This document shows, in pieces, positions 16,834 to 27,100 of a stretch of 64,000 nt of DNA (positions are counted from its first letter, which is position 1; each line of letters starts with the position of its first letter). Both the position numbers and the translations under genes were made by a program. The stretch is from Acidimicrobiia bacterium (GTDB lineage Bacteria > Actinomycetota > Acidimicrobiia > Acidimicrobiales > JANYDT01): assembly GCA_031406385.1 (NCBI GenBank), contig JANOHI010000012.1, positions 7,110 to 71,109 of the forward strand. Direction: 5' to 3'. Under the pieces are notes generated by a model. That model searched no databases. It was given only the letters and a program-made list of their open reading frames with translations, and was not told where the DNA came from.

Positions 16834-17471
16834 GAAGCAACCTCGGTCTGGGTGAGCAGCCCGAGCCGAATTGCTGTGGCGACAGCCTGTGACTGACTCT
16901 GAACCCCGAGGCGTCGGAATACGCGCTGCTTGTGGTTCTCGATGGTTCGGTGACTTACCCCGAGCGCTTCGGCCATGTGCCTGGAGGTGTGCCCCCGGGC
17001 CAGCAGGTGCAATACCTCGAGCTCCCGGGCGGTGAGCGGGACAGGGCCGAGACGGGGCGCCTCCCATCGGCGCAGCGTGCGCTGAGCCGGATCGATCACT
17101 GCCCTCACTAGGACAGCTTCCCCGGAGGCCTCGTCGACGAAGGAGTCGAAACCATCAGACAGCGCGCTCGCCAGTTCGGCGACGGACAGGCTGGCGTGCA
17201 CGCCGACGATACGTGCGGCCGGCGCGGCGGACCGAACCGCCCGGGCTGCAGCTCGCCACTGCGCCTCCGATCCAGTTCGCTGCCCGCCTTGATGGATCAC
17301 CACGATGTCGGGTTCGAGAGCTGCGAGATCGGCCATGGACGTCGGCTCGGTGGCGGCGACGACCTGCAGCCCGGCCGCAACGTCGAAGAGCAACTCGAGG
17401 CCTCGCCGCCACCAGTGAGAAGGGTCGACGATTGCGAGACGGAGGGGAGGCGCCACCGATGACTCTTTCAT
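16830..17471 (-). CDS. LuxR/NarL-type response-regulator-like protein lacking the canonical phospho-acceptor Asp
   Basis: The HTH reads LTARELEVLHLLARGHTSRHMAEALGVSHRTIENHKQRVFRRLGV. The receiver-like N-terminus reads RLAIVDPS..PDIVVIHQGG, where DIVVIH replaces the usual D-x-V-L-x-D. Confidence 0.8.
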   Translation of the reverse strand: MKESSVAPPLRLAIVDPSHWWRRGLELLFDVAAGLQVVAATEPTSMADLAALEPDIVVIHQGGQRTGSEAQWRAAARAVRSAAPAARIVGVHASLSVAELASALSDGFDSFVDEASGEAVLVRAVIDPAQRTLRRWEAPRLGPVPLTARELEVLHLLARGHTSRHMAEALGVSHRTIENHKQRVFRRLGVQSQSQAVATAIRLGLLTQTEVAS

Positions 17472-17478
17472 CCGAGCA

Positions 17479-17830
17479 TCATTCCATGCGTGGTCGACGG
17501 GACGCCCAGCGCGAGGAATTCAGCCGACGGCGTAGAGCGGCGAGTCCTGAGTGGTCCCGCGCATCGGAGCCACCAGAACCAGGTCGATGACTGGGGGCGG
17601 TTGGGCCTGCCCAGACTTCCGGAGCCTGCTCAGGTTCAGGCTGCGTGCGCGCGAAGGGCAGCTGAATGAAGTGTCTCAAATCAGCCGGCTTCAGCCAGTT
17701 GTTCTACGACGCCTCGCTGATTCCGAGATCCTTCACGATCTCTTGGAACGACGCTTCGCCTCCGGGCGACAAAAACCAGGTCACGACGGAACTCCAACGG
17801 CTTGGCTTCGGCGAGACGACTCACTCTCTC
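17479..17830 (-). pseudogene. remnant of an IS3-family orfA (HTH transposase subunit) with an in-frame stop
   Basis: The minus-strand translation ..SPGGEASFQEIVKDLGISEAS*NNWLKPADL.. resembles the IS3 OrfA HTH (..ARELGIS...LRNW..). A TAG lies at 17704-17706 where Leu is expected. The boundaries are approximate. Confidence 0.45.
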
Positions 17831-17998
17831 GCGTGAAGACAACGTCTCCACTCGTTGGGTTCACCTAAAACCTGGGCGGGCCCACCCCGCCTAGCTCGAA
17901 TCGCCACGATGCTCGAAACGGTAGGCGTCCCTTGTGGTGTTGGGGTTTCAGGGGGTTCGGAGGATCCACCCGCGGGCGAGCCATCGGCGTGATCCTCG

Positions 17999-19279
17999 GT
18001 GTGTTCCTGCAAGAACGCACTCCAAGGCGAACGACCGGTGGCTCTTCCGGAGTCTGCCCTGTCCGAGCTCTTCGACGCGTTTCGCACTGGTGGTGACGGT
18101 GTCGCCCTGACACGAGACGCGGTGCGTCTCGTGATGCAGGAGTTGATCGAGTCCGAAGCGACCGGCGTGATCGGCGCCGAAGCCCATGAACGCGCGGCCA
18201 CACGCACGAACGAACGTAACGGGCACCGTGACCGGCTGCTGTCGACCAAGGCCGGTGAAGTGGAGCTGCGCATCCCGAAATTACGCCGTGGCTCGTTCTT
18301 CCCGAGCATCTTGGAACCCCGCCGCCGTATCGACCAGGCCCCGTACGCGGTAGTCATGACCGCTTACGTGAACGGTGTATCGACTCGCGCCGTCGACGAC
18401 CTGGTCGCCGCGTTGGGCGTCGATACGGGCATCTCCAAGTCGGAGGTGTCCCGGATCTGCAAACGCCTCGACGAACATGTCGACGCGTTCCGGAACCGGC
18501 CCGTGGGCCACACTTCCTTCCCGTACGTCTACCTCGTTGCCACCAACGTCAACGTCCGCGACACCGCCCTCGGCCAGGTCGTGTCCAAGGCCATCGTGAT
18601 CGCCACCGGCATCACTGCCGGCGGTGACCGTCAAATCCTCGGCCCCGCCGTCGGTGACTCGGAATCCGAAGCGTGCTGGGGCGAGTGCTGCCGGTCGTTG
18701 CGCCGCCGCAAGCTGGACGGGGTGCGGCTCGTCATCTACGACGCCCACGAAGGCCTCAAAGCGGCGATCCGCAAACACTTCACCGGCGCGTCATGGCAAC
18801 GCTGCCGGGTGCATCTCGCCCGCAACCTGCTGCCGCGCGTCCCGAAAGGCCCACCAGGACACGGTCGCCGCAGCGTTCCGGATGGTGTTCATGCATCCCG
18901 ACCCGGCCGCCGTCACCGCGGCGTGGGCGACACCACCAAACTCCTCACGAAACAGTTCCCCCGCGTCGCGGAACTCATGACCTCGGCCAAGACCGACGTC
19001 CTCGCATTCTGTCCGTTCCCGCCCGAACACTGGCGCAAGATCTGGTCAAACAACCCGCTCGAGCGACTCAACAAGGAAGTGAAACGACGCTCGAACGTCG
19101 TGCAGATCTTCCCCGACGAAGCCTCCGTGATCCGACTCGTCGGCGCCATACTCGCCGAACAACACAACGAATGGACCACCGCCCGCCACTACCTCTCCGA
19201 AGGCTCAATGGCGAAACTCAACCTCGAGCGCGAAACTCCATCCCTGTCAGTCGGCGAACTCATCAACGGCCAACCGTAA
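17999..19279 (+). mobile_element. IS256-family (mutator-type) transposase gene, apparently degenerate
   Basis: It has strong family motifs (ERNGHRDRLLSTKAGEVELRIPKLRRGSFFPSILEPRRR, VSTRAVDDLV, IWSNNPLERLNKEVKRR). The first catalytic Asp context reads YVYLVATNVNVR instead of YLDAT. The conserved segment KAHQDTVAAAFRMVFMHPDPAAVTAAW lies in another frame between ~18845 and ~18935, which implies two compensating frameshifts. Confidence 0.8.
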
Positions 19280-19608
19280 CGAGGACCACACCTCGAAGCC
19301 CACCAGCCCCGGGGACGGAATCGGCAGCCCCAAGGGTCCGCAGGAAGGTCAAGAGAAGCAACGTGAACTGGACGCACCGGTTGCACCAATCGAAGACCTT
19401 TCGAACTGCCCTCGGCGCGTGGGGACCCGCCGTACGAACCCTCGACCCACAGATCCGTCGTCGGCTACGTACGGATCGGGCCCAGTCCCGAACCGCAGCG
19501 AGGATCTATCGCTTCGGCGATGCGGAGCGGGTGAGGCGACCTGATCAGGCGACTCTGCCCTCTAACTGGCCGAGATCGTCTGGCTACTCCCTCCCTCAAC
19601 CGTTCGTG

Positions 19609-20532
19609 ATGGTTCATCGGGACGTCTGGCTCGTCGGAGAACACGCGACGCCGGTCACATCGACCGGAGAGATCCTTCTCGGTCCGTACCGAAACCTCCC
19701 ATGGTCATACGCCGCGGAACCTCATCCGGACGTCGACGATTTCATCCGCCGCGGCGACTACGGATCACAAGCAGAACAGGCCCACGATGGGCCAGTCTTC
19801 AGCACAGTTGGGCGCTTCGACCGGAACTACTTCCACTGGCTGACCGAAACCTGTGCCCAGCTCGAAGCACTCGAGGCACTGCGCTCAGTCAGCTCACTGG
19901 AGCCGGAGCTACTCACGAGGGCAAGCCCGCTGCCCTTCCAACAGCAGTCACTGAACCTCTTCGCGCCGTCGGCTCGCACGTTTGCTTGGAATCCGGCAGA
20001 CGGACCCCTCCGAGTGACCGAACTGATTGTTCCCTGGCAACCAGGAGTTCCCTCCGGTTGCAGCCCTCGAAGCCTCAGATGGCTGCAGCGGGCCGCGGAT
20101 TCAGAAATCAGTTCAACGCGCCGGACTCGGCGGCTCCACATCCAACGCAGCGTCCAAGGGTGGCGGTCTATCGCGAACCATGCGGATTTGAACGCGGCCC
20201 TCGACAAGTTCGGATTCGAATCGATCGATCCTGCATCGCTGACGCTCCGGCAGCAGATCCGGCTGTTCTCCGAGGCGAACTGGATTCTCGGGCAACACGG
20301 CGCGGGCCTGACAAACATGATCTGGGCCGACCGACCTCAGGTCATCGAGATCAAGGGCACGTATGGTGCTGCGGAGTTCGTCAACCTCTGCGCGTGCGTG
20401 GGCGCGATGCACCACGGCGTCGCTGCAAGCGAACAAGTCGAGGACTCTCTGTATGTTCACCCGAAGGCGGCGGTCGACATACTCACTCGGCTTTCCACGG
20501 CCGAGCGGCGACAGAATCAGCGTGGCGATTGA
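19609..20532 (+). CDS. glycosyltransferase family 61 / DUF563 protein
   Basis: NYFHWLTETCAQL and ILGQHGAGLTNMIWA are the two signature blocks of DUF563/GT61. The long upstream extension of the ORF (from 18673) overlaps the transposase in another frame and is not counted. The true N-terminus is uncertain and may have been truncated by the IS. Confidence 0.7.
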   Translation: MVHRDVWLVGEHATPVTSTGEILLGPYRNLPWSYAAEPHPDVDDFIRRGDYGSQAEQAHDGPVFSTVGRFDRNYFHWLTETCAQLEALEALRSVSSLEPELLTRASPLPFQQQSLNLFAPSARTFAWNPADGPLRVTELIVPWQPGVPSGCSPRSLRWLQRAADSEISSTRRTRRLHIQRSVQGWRSIANHADLNAALDKFGFESIDPASLTLRQQIRLFSEANWILGQHGAGLTNMIWADRPQVIEIKGTYGAAEFVNLCACVGAMHHGVAASEQVEDSLYVHPKAAVDILTRLSTAERRQNQRGD

Positions 20533-20682
20533 CCAACCAGGCGGTGCCTGAACAGGGTGAAGAATCGCCCGGCGGTGTTCTCAGCAGGCCGAACGGCCGG
20601 GCCGCTTTCGTCAAGCACTACGCTTCATTCGGTGGTTCTTGCTGACGATCGCTCGGCTCGTGGAAGCGGAAGGGGCGGCTCG

Positions 20683-22329
20683 ATGACCCAGGAGCGGGTG
20701 TTCCGGTGGATCGGCGTGCTGCGCCGCCACGTGTGGTGGCTGATGATCCCGGCCGTGATCATCGCCAGCGCCGCATTGTTTGCCGCATCCCGGGATGGTG
20801 CAACGACGTACCAAGCGAAGACCATCCTCTACGCCCAGTCGCAACTTCCGTCAGCCTCGTCAAACCTCCAGAACCAAACTGAGGACTGGGGACCGTTCCT
20901 TCGAGCGCAGGCGCAACTTGCGAAGAGCAGCGGCGTCCTGACAAAAGCCGCGGCTGCGGCCGGCAACACCAGCGGCTCGGATCTGCGGGGCAGCATTTCG
21001 ACATCCACCGACGGTGCGAGCAACACCCTCACGCTCAGCGCCGTCAGTGCGAGCCCGGGACGAGCCATCTCTGTTGCCAATACCGTTGCCCAAACGTTGT
21101 CGGAGACGGGCCTGCAGGAACTCGCTGCCCGCCTCAAGGTCCGATCCGCTGACCTTCAACGCCAAATCGACCGCCTCGACCAGACCGTGCAGAAACTCAA
21201 TGCCGATCTGTTGGCGGCCCGTTCCTCCCTGCAGGACACCACAACGATCGAAGCTCGTCGGAACACTGCCACCAACCAGTACGGCTCCCTCGTGTCGAGC
21301 CAACAGGAACTCCTGAACGAGGTTGCACTCCAGCGCGCGCCCCTCGCCATCCTCGAGCCGGCGTCAAAAGCCGAGCGGACCGCTCGGCCATCGCTACCGC
21401 TTCGCGGCGTGCTCGGGGCGCTCATCGGACTCGTTCTCGGCGCCGCAGCGCTGTGGATTCGTCAACTGCTCGACGACACGGTTCGACGGGTCGAACAGGT
21501 CGAAGAGCTCATCGACGCGCCACTGCTTGCCGAGCTTCCGAGCGAGAAGCTCCGCCGGGGCTCCACCCTTCCGACGCTCGATCACCCGAGCGGAGGTCTC
21601 GCCGAAAGTTTCCGCGGACTACGAACGGCGCTGAAGTTCGTCGACCACGGGGAACGGCTACGGAGTTTCGCGATCGTGAGCTCCGAACCGCGCGACGGCA
21701 AGACGTTCACCGCAGCGAACCTGGCAATCAGCTTTGCGCAAGCGGGAGCGGAGGTATGTGTTGTGTCAGCCGACCTCCGCAACCCCGCCCTCGACAGTGT
21801 GTTCGGAGTGGCCGACTTGCCGGGACTCGCCGAGCTGCTCGGCGAACCGACCAGTCGTGACGAGGTACCCGTCATCGAGATCACCCGCTACATCCGTTCC
21901 ACCCAGGTCGAAGGGCTCTCGGTGCTCCCTGCCGGGAAGGTTCCGTCGAACCCGTCGGAGCTCCTTGCCGGTTTTCGCGCCACCTTGGTGATGGCTGAAC
22001 TGCATCAGAGCTTCGATGTGGTGATCGTGGACTCACCTCCTTTACTTGTCGCTGACCCCGAGATCATCGGTGATCTCGTCGATGGCCTCGTGCTCGTGGT
22101 GTCGGTCAACAGCACGAGGATCCGTCGCCTTCGCCGAGCGGCCGAACGGCTCGCCGACAGCCCGCTCCGACTCGCCGGCGTCGTCGTGAACCGGACCGAG
22201 CCAAGCAAGGGTTACTACGGTCCGTACGGATCGGCGTACTCGCCGTATACCAAGGGAAGCGGACGAGGTGGCCGGACCAAATCCGAGAGCACCGCCGCAA
22301 CTGACCCGGTGGCGGCCGGGAACACGTGA
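20683..22329 (+). CDS. polysaccharide co-polymerase / BY-kinase (Wzc-like), copy 1, with C-terminal Tyr cluster
   Basis: ATG at 20683 is preceded by GGAAGGGG. It has an N-terminal TM plus a coiled periplasmic region. It carries Walker A SSEPRDGKTFTAANLA, A' CVVSADLRNP and B DVVIVDSPP. The tail is KGYYGPYGSAYSPYTKG. Confidence 0.85.
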   Translation: MTQERVFRWIGVLRRHVWWLMIPAVIIASAALFAASRDGATTYQAKTILYAQSQLPSASSNLQNQTEDWGPFLRAQAQLAKSSGVLTKAAAAAGNTSGSDLRGSISTSTDGASNTLTLSAVSASPGRAISVANTVAQTLSETGLQELAARLKVRSADLQRQIDRLDQTVQKLNADLLAARSSLQDTTTIEARRNTATNQYGSLVSSQQELLNEVALQRAPLAILEPASKAERTARPSLPLRGVLGALIGLVLGAAALWIRQLLDDTVRRVEQVEELIDAPLLAELPSEKLRRGSTLPTLDHPSGGLAESFRGLRTALKFVDHGERLRSFAIVSSEPRDGKTFTAANLAISFAQAGAEVCVVSADLRNPALDSVFGVADLPGLAELLGEPTSRDEVPVIEITRYIRSTQVEGLSVLPAGKVPSNPSELLAGFRATLVMAELHQSFDVVIVDSPPLLVADPEIIGDLVDGLVLVVSVNSTRIRRLRRAAERLADSPLRLAGVVVNRTEPSKGYYGPYGSAYSPYTKGSGRGGRTKSESTAATDPVAAGNT

Positions 22330-22429
22330 TGGACCGGCCGGTCGGTCGACGCCGCATCCTCATCGGTGTCGGGAGCCAACTCGGCAACGGCGCGGTGGCC
22401 ACCGTGCTCTAGACGCTCGTGCTCCTCAT

Positions 22430-22684
22430 CGACTGCGGTCGAATCACCGTCGCATTGGTTCGATGTTGGAGAGCGCGCCGTTCCTCTTCGCTGACCTGCG
22501 CTCGCTCTGCGTTGGATAAGCCGTGCTGGTGATCTCCCACCGATTCAGCACCGTGTCGAGCGCCGACCGGATCTACGTGCTCGACGCCGGCCGAATCATC
22601 GAGCACGGCACCCACGCTGACCTACTGGCAGCCGACGGATCGTATGCACGCTTGTTCAAGCTGCAAGCCGCTGCCTACACCTGA
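22430..22684 (+). pseudogene. 3' remnant of a second ABC exporter gene (paralogue of 4328-6280)
   Basis: Positions 22520-22684 translate to [54 protein letters not shown]. The C-terminus of the 4328-6280 product reads [54 protein letters not shown]. An in-frame TAA lies at 22517-22519 where Lys is expected, and the upstream similarity decays quickly. Confidence 0.65.
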
Positions 22685-22737
22685 TTCGTTCGAAATCTCT
22701 AGCGGACAAGGCGGGTCGCAGGAGAGAAGGGGAACGG

Positions 22738-23913
22738 TCAAGGACGAAGCGCGGACCGATACTGCTCGATGTAGACGTCGGCGATAGCCGACCAGTCGAA
22801 GGCTTCCGCTCGCGTTCGACCAGCAGCGCCGAGCGCCAATCGAAGCGCAGGGTCGTTCGCGAGGTGACGAAGCGCACCGGCAAGAGCGCCGACATCATCT
22901 GCAGTGACGAGAATGCCCGTCACTCCGTCGAGCACGATCTCCGGAACACCACCGACGCGCGACGCGATCACGGGACGTCCTGATGCCATCGCTTCGAGGT
23001 TCACGATCCCCATCGGTTCATGGCGAGAGGGTAGGACGAAGATGTCGCAGCCTCGGAACAGTTCGGCGGTTCGCCTCCGATCCGTTCTGCCCACGAGAGA
23101 GACCGAATCATCAAGGCCGAGTTCGGCCGCAAGGGCAGCGAGTTCTGATCGTGCCGGGCCATCGCCGGCGAGAACCAACTCCCGTGTGTCGGCCAACCCC
23201 GACTCGGCGAAGGCACGAAGCAGAACATCGAAGCCTTTGTTATTGACGTGACGTCCGATTGCCAGGAGATAGGGGCGTGACCGCCGTTCCGGAGCAGCGC
23301 TGTCGAACTCGGACAGCGTGATCCCGTTGTAGACGACGTGTCCGCGATCACCGAGATCGACTCCGCCGAACGAGGTGCCCTCCGCGAGGGTTTGTGCGCT
23401 GCAACCGGTCACGACGTCGGCATGTCGCAGCAGGTGGCGCAGGAGCTTGGGCAGGAAAGGCGTCCGCTGATACACGCCGGTCGCATCCATCGTGAGCTCA
23501 CCCTGCATCGACACGACCAATGGCAGCCGCAACAGTCGGGCGGCGATGAGAGCATAGAGTCCGTTGTTCGACACGCACTGCACGTGGACGATTTCGCTCT
23601 GATGCTCACGAAGCGAGCGCACGATGCTGATCACATCGGGAACGAGATGGACGACGAATCGGACTGTCGTCTTCCACGATCCGATAGGTGGAAGGAAGCG
23701 CCAGCGGCGCACCTCGATGCCGTCGAGGATCTCTCGGCCGGGGAGGCTTTTTGGATAGCGCGTGGTGGCAACAACGACGTTCGAACCGCGATTGGTCAAC
23801 TCGATGGCGAGGCGTCTCGTGAGCTCCTCCACCCCGCCAAGGTGCGGATGGAAGGCACTCGAAAAGATCGCGACGTTCGGGACGGGCGAGCCAACGTGGG
23901 GTTCAGCCATCAT
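22738..23913 (-). CDS. glycosyltransferase family 4
   Basis: 391 aa. It carries VAIFSSAFHPHLGGVEELTRRLA and HEPMGIVNLEAMASGRPVIASRVGGVPEIV. Confidence 0.9.
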   Translation of the reverse strand: MMAEPHVGSPVPNVAIFSSAFHPHLGGVEELTRRLAIELTNRGSNVVVATTRYPKSLPGREILDGIEVRRWRFLPPIGSWKTTVRFVVHLVPDVISIVRSLREHQSEIVHVQCVSNNGLYALIAARLLRLPLVVSMQGELTMDATGVYQRTPFLPKLLRHLLRHADVVTGCSAQTLAEGTSFGGVDLGDRGHVVYNGITLSEFDSAAPERRSRPYLLAIGRHVNNKGFDVLLRAFAESGLADTRELVLAGDGPARSELAALAAELGLDDSVSLVGRTDRRRTAELFRGCDIFVLPSRHEPMGIVNLEAMASGRPVIASRVGGVPEIVLDGVTGILVTADDVGALAGALRHLANDPALRLALGAAGRTRAEAFDWSAIADVYIEQYRSALRP

Positions 23914-24188
23914 GACTGCTTGATCGGCGTCGATGTCGACTGTCCGACGAACATCCCAGGTGCAAAGTCCATGAGGGCCCCAGAGGCCGCGGCAATCGTG
24001 ACGCCGTCATCGAGCTCACGTCGAGCGACCAAATGGATCGTGCCGCCGCGATCGATTTGGATGCGGTACCAACGACCAACTTGCACTCCACCCGGTGCTG
24101 ACCAACCCGGCTGGGTCGCATGCAGTGTTTGAGCGAACACGCGAGCGATCAACCGCTTCGCCCATGAGCGGTGCAATCGAAGGTTCAT
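23910..24188 (-). CDS. hypothetical small protein (92 aa)
   Basis: The ORF overlaps by 4 nt both the upstream giant GT gene (24185-24188) and the downstream GT4 gene (23910-23913). I recognise no motif. Confidence 0.45.
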   Translation of the reverse strand: MNLRLHRSWAKRLIARVFAQTLHATQPGWSAPGGVQVGRWYRIQIDRGGTIHLVARRELDDGVTIAAASGALMDFAPGMFVGQSTSTPIKQS

Positions 24189-27100
24189 TGCCCCATGTTT
24201 TCCGCCGCGCCGCGACGAAGTGGCCCTGTTGGAACGGTTACACGGCGGTAGATCGCTTCGACCTGTGCGGCAATCCGCTCCGGAGCGAACTCAGCCGCGG
24301 TCACTCGCCCACCATCGCCCAGTCGCCGACGACGGCCCGGGTCTGCCTCGAGCATTCGCAACGTCCGTGCCAGCGCGCCCACGTTGCCAGGTTCGACCAG
24401 GATCCCATCGACACCTTCGGTAATGATCTCGGCCGGACCGCCAGCGTTGGAGGCGACCACGGCGATCCCCGCAGCCATACCCTCGACCACGACCTGACCG
24501 AATGGCTCCGGGATGACCGACGCATGCACCAACACGTCGAACTCACCTAGGAGCGTTGCCACGTCGTCGACGAAGCCGCGGAAGCTGACGCGATCCGTGA
24601 TGCCAAGCTCTTCGGCAAGCGGGGCGAGCGTGTTCGCGAAATCATCCTCTCCGAACATGGCCGAGCCGGCGATGACTGCCCGGGCCGGGCCATTCGGGAA
24701 GGCCTCAGCAAAGGCACGCAGGAATATGTCCTGACCCTTCCACGGGGCGAGACGTCCGACCATCCCCACCGTGAACGGTCGATTCTCGGAGGCACGCGGT
24801 TGGAATGATCCAGGGACAGCGTCGAACACCACTGTGCTGGGCGCCACGTAGCGGGTCCGCCCTGCCGCCCCCATCGTTCGCATCGTTGCCGTGGAATTGG
24901 CGATGATCGCATCGGGCACGAAGCGGGACATGGCGCGAATGGCGACGACCGCGACGCGGGGCAGATAGTCGTCGGCAATCCGGTCACGGACATGCCAGAT
25001 CAGCTTTGACCGAAGGCCGATGCTGACGATCGACCCGTACACCATCGCTTTGAGCGAGTTCGTGTGGATGATATCGGGATCGAGCTCTCGCACGCGGCGA
25101 CGCAGAACCCGGCAGTAGCGAAGGGTTCCGAAGATGGCGCCAAAGGGCAGTCGTCCCGGCACGACGGCGGCTCGGTGCAGATCGTTCGTCCGAGGATCGA
25201 GTGGAATCACCTCGACCGGGACGCCGGCCTCGCGGAGAAGTCCAACGAAGTCGCCGTCCTCGGCGAGCAGCACGGTCGGCGAAACCGATGTGAACCCCGA
25301 AAGTAGCCGAAGCAACGCGAGCTCACCGCCCGAACGTTTGGCGCAGTGGTCCAGGTAGACGACACGGAACGTGTCGACCGCATCGGTGTCGATCGTCGCA
25401 TCTCTCGCCTCTTCAAGCACGGCAGCAAACTCCGTTGCCCGTCCGCGCCATGACGGCGCTTCGCGATCGGTTCGCGGTGGCGGATTTTCCAGCGTGCGCG
25501 CGACTGCATCGGCGAACGACGATCTATCGGCAATGGTCACGTGTTCGGCGATTTCACGGAATCCGGCGACCGGAGTCGCCACACACGGGCGGCCGACGGC
25601 CAGCACCTCGTAGGCCTTGATCGGATCGAGGCTCTCGGTGAACGGGCTCACGACATGCGGAATGATGATCACGTCGGCGTGCTGCAGGTATGCCGGGACA
25701 TCGTCATAGGGTCGCGGACCAAGGAGAGCAACGTTCCTCACAGTCGCCAGCAATGCTCGGTCCTGTCGTCGAAGCGAGTCCGGTCCGACAAACACGAATG
25801 ACACGGCCGGTAGTTCGCGAGCTGCGTTCACCACCAGCTCGACATCGACTCGTTCTCGATGCAGAGAACCGACATAGACCGCTGTCTGCATCCCGCTCGG
25901 AGGGAGATCCGTTGGGCGCGGACGAGGCCGCTGGAAGTGCTGAGTATCTACTGCGTTCGGAATCAAGACAACGGAGCGGCTGGACCCTCGGCGCGCTGCG
26001 AGTTCGGGAGAGCAGACAACCACGCGGTTCGCTCGCCGGAGCAAGATCGATTCATACGTCCGGAGTCGATCGAGGTTCCGATCGGTGCCTCCGAAGTCGA
26101 GCCAATCGTCGGTGATGTCGTAAACGACTGGCCACACGGTCTCGTCGGTCAACGGAGTGAGGGACGAATCGTTCAGCCACAAGACCGGATCGACGAAGCC
26201 GAGCTGATTGGCAACTCTCCGAACCTGGCGGGAGAGACCTCGATCCGTCCACGGCCAAACTCGTCGTGGGAGGAGCTTCGTTGGCTGGAACAGCGTGACC
26301 TGCTGGTAACCCTCGGGAGATGCGAGGCGGCCACGAGGGCGCGAACGACGAAACCCTGACCGAACCGCGTGGAGAGCATCGTGCGCCGGTTCCACCCAGA
26401 GGACACGAGTAGCGGGATCGGCTTGCGTCAGTTCGCGGACGAGGAACTGGTTGCGGCGCCACACGTCGTCCCACGGCTCGAGGCTGGCGAGGATGATCTC
26501 GTTTCCTCTCTTGATGTCGGGAACGTGGACGAGAGTCGGATGGTGCCGTAAGGCATGCGCCGAGCGTCGGAGGTTGGCGCGGTCGACGTCACCCGTCGGT
26601 CCACGTCGGACGATGGAACGCAACCCATGGCGAACGACGGCTCCCAGCCGATAGCTCACCAGGCCAGCGGTCCCGTGGTGCTTGAACACGAAGCGTTCGG
26701 AGCCGCGCACGAAGTGCTCGAACGTGGCCTCCCCGAGTGCCTTTCCACTGACACCGCCAATGTGGTCGACGGCCGCAGCCTCGACCAGTTGCGCGCGGTA
26801 CCCGAGATCAAACGCGCGACGGCAGAAATCCGCCTCCTCGCCGTAGAGCCAGAAACTCTCGTCGAGTCCGCCCAACTTGTCCCAGAGCGAGCGAGTGGTG
26901 AGAAGACAAGCGCCGACGACGAAACCGGGGCCATCTCGGCGCGAACGTGGACCGGGAGCGAGAGCCGTGCGCCATTGGCGACGCGGCGACGGGAACGGCC
27001 AGAACGGCCGCTGCTCAGAACCGTCGGGCATGATCAGACGAGGACCGGCGATCCCAACGCCGTCCTCCTTGAGCGCTTCGACCAGCAACGTGAGGTTTGC

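Noticed and set aside
16834-17067. A 78-codon upstream extension of the first LuxR ORF (the 282-aa version).
   Set aside because: It would overlap the 3' end of the upstream regulator gene by 238 nt. The GTG at 16833 gives a GTGA-coupled start and a normal-length protein.
18673-19608. The N-terminal 312 codons of the 619-aa ORF that ends as the GT61 gene.
   Set aside because: This part overlaps the IS256 transposase in another frame and translates to Arg/Pro-rich low-complexity sequence. GT61 similarity begins only after ~19609.
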